A stretch of DNA of 64,000 nt, from the NCBI GenBank assembly GCA_017630395.1, contig JAGBVI010000020.1:270-64269 (forward strand), written 5' to 3'. The stretch is from Paludibacteraceae bacterium. GTDB taxonomy: Bacteria; Bacteroidota; Bacteroidia; Bacteroidales; Paludibacteraceae. Shown here one piece after another: positions 58,382 to 64,000 of the stretch (the stretch's first letter is position 1; each line of letters begins with the position of its first letter). The position numbers were made by a program, and so were the translations under genes. The notes under the pieces were generated by a model, which did no database searches, was not told the origin of the DNA, and worked only from the letters and a program-made list of their open reading frames with translations.

Positions 58382-60448
58382 ATGTCAGAAGGTGGTAATA
58401 AGAGATCCAATATGCCCAAAGGATTTAAATTTAATCTTTATTGGGTTTATGGTATCATTGCCTTGTTTTTAATAGGCTTGTCGTTTATGGGAGAGTCTCC
58501 AAGAGGGAAAGAAATCTCTTATAACGAAATAGGTGATTTAGTGAAAAGTAAAGCTATTCAAAAAATCAATGTTATAACGAATAAAAACGAGGCCGAAATA
58601 ACAATTTTGCCGGAAAAAATCGCAGATGTTTATGGGAAAGATTCTGCAAGTATGGTGCGTAATCCGGTTTTGATGTTGCAAATTCCTTCCGCAGATCAAT
58701 TTACAGAGGATTTGAAAGAGTGGAAAAAGGAGTATGGTAATGATGATATAAAGATTACGTATGAATCGGAGTCTGATTACATAGGTAATTTCTTATGGGG
58801 CGTTGGTCCAATTATTTTGTTGATATTCTTCTGGGTATTTATGATGCGTCGTATGTCCGGAACCGGCGGTGCCGGCGGTGTTTTCAGTGTTGGTCAATCA
58901 AAAGCAAAGTTGTTTGATAAAGGCTCCGCAGAAAATAAAGTGACATTCAAGGATGTTGCCGGATTGTCTGAGGCAAAAGAGGAGGTCCAGGAGATTGTTC
59001 ACTTCTTGAAGAATCCAAAGAAATACACAGAATTAGGAGGAAAAATACCAAAGGGAGCTTTGTTGGTAGGCCCTCCGGGTACCGGAAAAACTTTGTTGGC
59101 TAAAGCTGTAGCCGGTGAGGCAGAAGTTCCTTTTTTCTCTATGTCCGGCTCTGATTTTGTAGAGATGTTTGTGGGTGTAGGTGCTTCTCGTGTTAGAGAT
59201 TTGTTCCGACAAGCGAAAGAAAAATCACCATGTATCGTCTTTATTGATGAGATAGATGCTGTAGGACGTGCGCGCGGACGAAACTTAAATACCGGTTCTA
59301 ATGATGAGAGAGAAAATACGTTGAATCAATTGCTGACAGAAATGGATGGATTTGGTTCTAATAGCGGAGTGATCATATTAGCAGCCACAAATAGGGCAGA
59401 TGTATTGGATAAGGCATTGTTGCGTCCGGGCCGTTTTGACCGACAAATAATGGTAGATTTACCGGATGTGCATGATCGTCAAGCTATCTTTAATGTTCAT
59501 CTTCGTTCTGTGAAGATAGACGAATCGGTGAATGTTGAGTTTTTAGCTCGTCAAACTCCGGGATTCTCAGTGCCTGATATTGCCAATGTTTGTAATGAAG
59601 CTGCTTTGATTGCGGCAAGAAAAAGTAAGATGTTTGTTCAAAAACAAGACTTTTTAGATGCTGTTGATCGTATAATTGGGGGATTGGAAAAGAAAAATAC
59701 CATTTTGACAAGGGCTGAGAAAGAGTCAACTGCTTATCATGAGGCAGGTCATGCTACAGTTAGTTGGATGTTGAGGTATGCGAATCCGCTAATAAAAGTT
59801 ACAATAGTGCCAAGGGGGCGTGCTTTAGGTGCTGCTTGGTATTTGCCGGAAGAACGTCAGCATGTTACCTCTTCTCACTTGTTGGATGATATTTGTGCTA
59901 CCTTGGGTGGACGAGCTGCAGAGGAGTTGATTTATGGAGAGGTGTCAACAGGTGCTTTAAATGATTTGGAAAATACAACCAAGAAGGCTTATGCAATGAT
60001 TGTTTACTATGGATTTAGTGATAAGTTGAAAAATTTATCTTACTATGATTCGTCCGGACGTAGCGATTATGCGTTCTCAAAACCTTATAGCGAAGAGACA
60101 TCTAAGTTGATTGATGAGGAAGTGAAGGTCTTAATTAATGAGCAATACGAGAGAGCTAAATCTATTTTGTCTGAAAATATGGATGGCTTGAGACAATTGG
60201 CTTCTATTCTGATAGAGAAAGAGGTAATCTTTGCTGAAGATGTTGAGCGTATATTTGGGAAACGTCCTTGGATTTCTCGTGCAGAAGAGTTGAATGCAGA
60301 GAGTGAGCAAGTAAAAGAGAACTCAGAGAGCAGTGTTAGTAGTGAGAATCAAGAAAATAAAGCCAATGATGAAACAAAAGATGAGAGTGTGGTTGAGGCT
60401 GAAAATGTCAAAATTGAAGAAATAGGCCATGAAAATGGTAGTATATAA
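58382..60448 (+). CDS. ftsH: ATP-dependent zinc metalloprotease FtsH
   Basis: 688 aa. Two TM segments, Walker [12 protein letters not shown] region, zinc motif HEAGHA, and an acidic C-terminal tail. Confidence 0.97.
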   Translation: MSEGGNKRSNMPKGFKFNLYWVYGIIALFLIGLSFMGESPRGKEISYNEIGDLVKSKAIQKINVITNKNEAEITILPEKIADVYGKDSASMVRNPVLMLQIPSADQFTEDLKEWKKEYGNDDIKITYESESDYIGNFLWGVGPIILLIFFWVFMMRRMSGTGGAGGVFSVGQSKAKLFDKGSAENKVTFKDVAGLSEAKEEVQEIVHFLKNPKKYTELGGKIPKGALLVGPPGTGKTLLAKAVAGEAEVPFFSMSGSDFVEMFVGVGASRVRDLFRQAKEKSPCIVFIDEIDAVGRARGRNLNTGSNDERENTLNQLLTEMDGFGSNSGVIILAATNRADVLDKALLRPGRFDRQIMVDLPDVHDRQAIFNVHLRSVKIDESVNVEFLARQTPGFSVPDIANVCNEAALIAARKSKMFVQKQDFLDAVDRIIGGLEKKNTILTRAEKESTAYHEAGHATVSWMLRYANPLIKVTIVPRGRALGAAWYLPEERQHVTSSHLLDDICATLGGRAAEELIYGEVSTGALNDLENTTKKAYAMIVYYGFSDKLKNLSYYDSSGRSDYAFSKPYSEETSKLIDEEVKVLINEQYERAKSILSENMDGLRQLASILIEKEVIFAEDVERIFGKRPWISRAEELNAESEQVKENSESSVSSENQENKANDETKDESVVEAENVKIEEIGHENGSI

Positions 60449-60466
60449 TTGTAATTATAAATGTGA

Positions 60467-62980
60467 ATGAGAAAGGTAATATATTTTTTAATTAGTTTTT
60501 TTGTTTTTTCAACGCTTGCATTTTCGCAAGAAACTAAAATAATCGGAACTGTAGTAGATGGTGAGGGTGTTTCCCTCCCTTCTGCTACTGTTTTACTTTT
60601 TAAGAGTGGTGAAACGGATTATTCGGTTGGTTCTACGACTGATATGGATGGTAAATTTCAGTTTGAAAATCTGTCGTTGGGTAAGTACCGGGTAGAGGTT
60701 AGTTTTATGGGGTTCAGAACCCAAAAATTGTCCGTAGAGCTAACGCAAGAAAAGCCAAGAATCAAATTTAAAGATATAGTTATGCGCGAGGACGCAGCAT
60801 TGTTGTCGGCTGTAGAGGTCTCTGCTAAAAGATCGTCTTTGCAGGTTGATATTGATAAAAAGACTTTTTTAGTAAATGAGAGTGCTGTTTCTGAAGGAAT
60901 GTCTGCATCGGAAGTTCTTAAAGAGATTCCTTCTGTAGATGTAGATGTGGAAGGGAATGTGTCTTTGCGCAATAATGAGAATGTAGAAATCTATATTAAT
61001 GGGAAGCCTGCCGGGTTAACCGATGAAAATAGAGGTGATATTTTGGAGCAATTGCCTGCAGGAACGATAGAGAAGGTGGAGGTGATTACAAATCCATCTT
61101 CTAAGTTTGATGCCGAAGGTGCAGCCGGAATTATCAATGTGGTTCTAAAAACTGATAGCCAGAAATCTTCTTATTATGGTTCTGTTTCTGGTGGTGTGTC
61201 ATATCCTTGGGGTGGTAAACCGGGTGGGAATGTCGGTGCAAATGTTAATTTCTCGAAGGGAAAGTGGAGTTCTTTTGTTGGGGTTGGGTATCGTAATCGT
61301 CGCTCATTGGGTAGTTCTGTTTTAGAGAGAAAGACCTATTTAAATAAGGCGGATGAAACGCAAGGTGACTATATGAACCAAAATGCAGAATCAGACTTTG
61401 TGATGAATTCCGGCTTTCTTCGATTGGGTACTGATGTGAAAATGAATGATAGAAATACATTAGGACTCTCCGGTATGTTTTCGTTAGGAGGTCGTGATCG
61501 TAGTCAGTTTTTAAATTATGAATTGGGTAACTATATGGCAGATGTTTACTCAATGACATCGTTGCAACAGCGTAATTCATTTACTGACAATCAGCGTTTG
61601 ATGGGGAATGCAGTCCTTTCTTACGAACATAAGTTTGAGGAGAATCATACATTATCGACATCTGTGAACTTTTTTGCCAATAAGAATGAAAACGAAAGAA
61701 ACTATGAGCAATTGTTATTTCCTATAGAGGATGCAGATTATAGCAGCGAACCTGAATTGGAATATGAACAGATTCAGAATAATAGCGGAGGAAGCAAAAA
61801 TGTGGATGTGCAATTGGATTATTTGAATACCCTTACTGAACGTTCTAAGTTGGAGTCTGGGTTGAAATACTCATTTAAAAAACAAGGGAATAATATCGAA
61901 TCATTTGTAAAGAGGGACGGAATGGATGACTATGTTCCTCAGACAGAGTTGGATAATGATTTTGATTTGTGGCAGCATATTTATGCAGCATACATTTCAT
62001 TCGGCTATAAGTTTAGAAAATTTTCGTTCCAGCTAGGTCTTAGAGGTGAGTTGACGGATATGAATTGGACTCAAGTGACAACGCAACAATCTAGTGCAAA
62101 AGATCCTTATTTTAATCTTTTCCCAACAGCGTTCTTTGCTTATCAGATAACAGATTCTGATGAAATGCAGTTGAGTTATACGCGTCGTGTCACCCGTCCT
62201 CGTCATCATTGGTTAAATCCATTTATTGATGTGTCAGACTCGACCAACATCTCTTTTGGTAATCCTGATTTGTTACCTGAGTTTACCAACTCATTTGAAT
62301 TTAATTATGTAAAAACTTTCTCAAATCACACCTTCATGACAACTCTTTATTATCAGTTGATGCAGGATGTGATTCAACGTTATAGTTGGTTGGATGGTGA
62401 TGCTGTTCTATCTACACGTGCGAATATGACCACTTCTCATTCTACCGGTTTGGAATTAATTCTTAAGAATCGTTTTAAATATTTTAATTTGACAACGAAT
62501 GTGAATTTGTATTACTATAAATTGAACGGAGGTTCTTTTGATGTAGAGTCGTTTGATGGTGTGAAATTAGCAACGATAAATGATAGAGAAAGTTTTAGTT
62601 GGACTGCTCAAATTACGGCAGATGTTCCGTTGCCTAAAGATTTTACCTTCCAAGCAAATGGTTCTTATCGCTCTCCAAGAGCAACAGCGCAAGGTAAGAG
62701 TTTGTCAGACTATTTTGTGAATTTAGGGTTGAAGAAATCTTTTTTACAAAAGAAGCTATCATTGACTCTTTCTGTTAGAGATTTGTTAGGCTCTCGCAAG
62801 CGTCGTAGCGAAACTTGGGATGATAACTTTTATCAGTTTTCGGAATCTACATTCAACGGCAGAACAATTAATCTGAACATTTCTTACTCGTTCGGTAATA
62901 TGGGTAAACCAAGTAAAAAGAATGCTTCTAAATCGGAAATGATGGAAGAGGATTCTACTGATATCTACGAAGATTTTTAG
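60467..62980 (+). CDS. TonB-dependent-receptor-like outer-membrane beta-barrel protein with an N-terminal carboxypeptidase-regulatory-like domain
   Basis: 837 aa with a signal peptide. CarbopepD_reg-like IIGTVVDGEGVSLPSATVLLF, a plug-like region (VEVITNPSSKFDAEGAAGIINVVLK), a long beta-barrel, and a terminal aromatic F. Confidence 0.85.
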   Translation: MRKVIYFLISFFVFSTLAFSQETKIIGTVVDGEGVSLPSATVLLFKSGETDYSVGSTTDMDGKFQFENLSLGKYRVEVSFMGFRTQKLSVELTQEKPRIKFKDIVMREDAALLSAVEVSAKRSSLQVDIDKKTFLVNESAVSEGMSASEVLKEIPSVDVDVEGNVSLRNNENVEIYINGKPAGLTDENRGDILEQLPAGTIEKVEVITNPSSKFDAEGAAGIINVVLKTDSQKSSYYGSVSGGVSYPWGGKPGGNVGANVNFSKGKWSSFVGVGYRNRRSLGSSVLERKTYLNKADETQGDYMNQNAESDFVMNSGFLRLGTDVKMNDRNTLGLSGMFSLGGRDRSQFLNYELGNYMADVYSMTSLQQRNSFTDNQRLMGNAVLSYEHKFEENHTLSTSVNFFANKNENERNYEQLLFPIEDADYSSEPELEYEQIQNNSGGSKNVDVQLDYLNTLTERSKLESGLKYSFKKQGNNIESFVKRDGMDDYVPQTELDNDFDLWQHIYAAYISFGYKFRKFSFQLGLRGELTDMNWTQVTTQQSSAKDPYFNLFPTAFFAYQITDSDEMQLSYTRRVTRPRHHWLNPFIDVSDSTNISFGNPDLLPEFTNSFEFNYVKTFSNHTFMTTLYYQLMQDVIQRYSWLDGDAVLSTRANMTTSHSTGLELILKNRFKYFNLTTNVNLYYYKLNGGSFDVESFDGVKLATINDRESFSWTAQITADVPLPKDFTFQANGSYRSPRATAQGKSLSDYFVNLGLKKSFLQKKLSLTLSVRDLLGSRKRRSETWDDNFYQFSESTFNGRTINLNISYSFGNMGKPSKKNASKSEMMEEDSTDIYEDF

Positions 62981-63015
62981 TATTGACATATTAGATTCTG
63001 TAGGAAATTTTGTTT

Positions 63016-63060
63016 CGTTGATTCTATTGGTAATAAGCTTCTGAACTAATAGAATCAACG
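63016..63060 (+). terminator. Hairpin downstream of the TonB-dependent receptor gene (no clear U-tract)
   Basis: CGTTGATTCTATT / AATAGAATCAACG 13-bp perfect stem with a 19-nt loop. It is preceded by GATTCTGTAGGAAATTTTGTTTCGTTG, which resembles the S-type repeat unit. Confidence 0.45.
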
Positions 63061-63101
63061 ATTACAAAGCAAAAAGAGTGCAATGTAAATTAATATGATG
63101 A

Positions 63102-63338
63102 ATGGGATATAAGTGTTTTAAGAATGAAGATTGTGAATTTTTTCCATGCCATAAAGGAGTAAACGAGGAAGAGTTTAATTGCATTTTTTGTTTCTGTCCC
63201 CTCTATTCTAAGGGAACGGAATGCGGAGGATGCTATACACTTACGGGAAATGGGATAAAAGATTGTTCTCATTGTTCGCTTCCTCATAAAGGCGAAAGTG
63301 GCTATGATTGGGTTTTAAAACGACTAATGTCTAAATAA
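63102..63338 (+). CDS. Cysteine-rich small-domain protein (putative metal-binding)
   Basis: 78 aa with 12 Cys. The pattern CFKNEDCEFFPCH...FNCIFCFCPLY...ECGGCY...CSHCSLPH matches the 'cysteine-rich small domain' family as I remember it. Confidence 0.65.
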   Translation: MGYKCFKNEDCEFFPCHKGVNEEEFNCIFCFCPLYSKGTECGGCYTLTGNGIKDCSHCSLPHKGESGYDWVLKRLMSK

Positions 63339-64000
63339 AAATCGGCATGCACCTACACCCACTAAATCCCCACTACGGATTATCTTCCCGTTTTTGTCAT
63401 ATAGATAGAATAGACTATTGGTGATAAAACCATTTACGTTTGCAGTATATATATCTTCTGTTTTTGGATGTATGTTAAATCCGTAAAATCCAACCCCATC
63501 TATTACTATTTGAGACGTTTGAGCGGAAATATTCCATTTGCAAATCTTTGTTTCGCCATCTGCATTTTGAGCTCCAATAGTAGAATTGCTGGTTAAGTAG
63601 TATATATTCTCTTTGTTTGGTGATAAAACAATATGTCCTTCGTAGGATAAGTGCGGAATCTTGTTCCGTTGAACAATCGTCATCTTATCCCCATCAATCA
63701 AGATTAGTTCTCCATCCTCTTTATGGGATGTGAGGGAACACCAAACCATTCCATTTTCACTAGTTATTAGATGTTTTGCACAAAGTTGATTCATCCCTGT
63801 TGGGATTTTTTTTATGATTTGGTCGCTTTTTTCGTTTAAAACGTAGATAGTATCATCAGCTGCAATCCAAATATTATTTTCGAAATAGAGTATGCCTTCC
63901 GGTAAATTTCCTAAGCTAATTTTGTTTAAGATTTCTCCGTTCTTTAGGTTAATTTTGTAAACCTTTCCTGAGGAATCATCTGTCCAATCTTCAACTGATG
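63324..64000 (-). CDS. Beta-propeller (YncE/DUF5074-like) cell-surface protein, 5'-truncated by the window edge
   Basis: The ORF track starts at Met 63794, but the frame stays open to position 64000 in my translation (...NGEILNKISLGNLPEGILYFENNIWIAADDTIYVLNEKSDQIIKKIPTGMNQL...). Repeated 'Y..N.....I.V.D' blades. Confidence 0.6.
   Translation of the reverse strand, partial: SVEDWTDDSSGKVYKINLKNGEILNKISLGNLPEGILYFENNIWIAADDTIYVLNEKSDQIIKKIPTGMNQLCAKHLITSENGMVWCSLTSHKEDGELILIDGDKMTIVQRNKIPHLSYEGHIVLSPNKENIYYLTSNSTIGAQNADGETKICKWNISAQTSQIVIDGVGFYGFNIHPKTEDIYTANVNGFITNSLFYLYDKNGKIIRSGDLVGVGACRFLFRH

Noticed and set aside
63090-63287. 65-aa minus-strand ORF antisense to the Cys-rich small protein gene.
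   Set aside because: The plus-strand frame has a highly non-random 12-Cys pattern matching a known small-domain family. The antisense frame has no features.
1-64000. Mobile genetic elements, prophage, restriction-modification, toxin-antitoxin or other defence systems.
   Set aside because: No integrase, transposase, recombinase, phage structural, methyltransferase or nuclease signatures were seen in any ORF. The flanking genes are conserved housekeeping functions. The DUF2130 and RadC genes are sometimes island-associated, but here they sit in ordinary context.

Overview
AT-rich chromosomal segment with Bacteroidota hallmarks: a fused SecDF, long-form IspG, three proteins ending in T9SS-type C-terminal sorting domains, many lipoprotein signal peptides, and TAnnTTTG-type -7 boxes instead of Shine-Dalgarno sites. 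I support about 43 protein-coding genes. Most are housekeeping: metG, cdd, radC, aspC, galE, pnp, class II RNR nrdJ, aroE, a RelA/SpoT homologue, secDF, ispG, argH, rsfS and ftsH. Mixed in are secreted glycan-degrading enzymes (a tri-modular esterase and two GH5 enzymes), a BspA-like LRR surface protein, OmpA and TonB-dependent outer-membrane proteins, and a paaK-ACT-symporter operon. I found no rRNA, tRNA, CRISPR array, transposase, integrase or recognisable defence system, so this looks like core genome rather than an island. The unusual signals are non-coding. (1) A family of degenerate AT-rich intergenic repeats has at least 10 copies on both strands. It includes three roughly 190-nt paralogous elements upstream of nrdJ, the SUMF1-domain gene and argH, and an exact 14-mer that occurs three times. 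(2) A roughly 150-nt leader upstream of a two-lipoprotein operon has mutually exclusive anti-terminator and terminator helices, like a riboswitch or attenuator. (3) Long C-depleted leaders precede nrdJ and argH. Smaller protein-level oddities are also listed. All calls come from reading the sequence and ORF track by eye. No searches were run, so family assignments rest on motifs I recognise.
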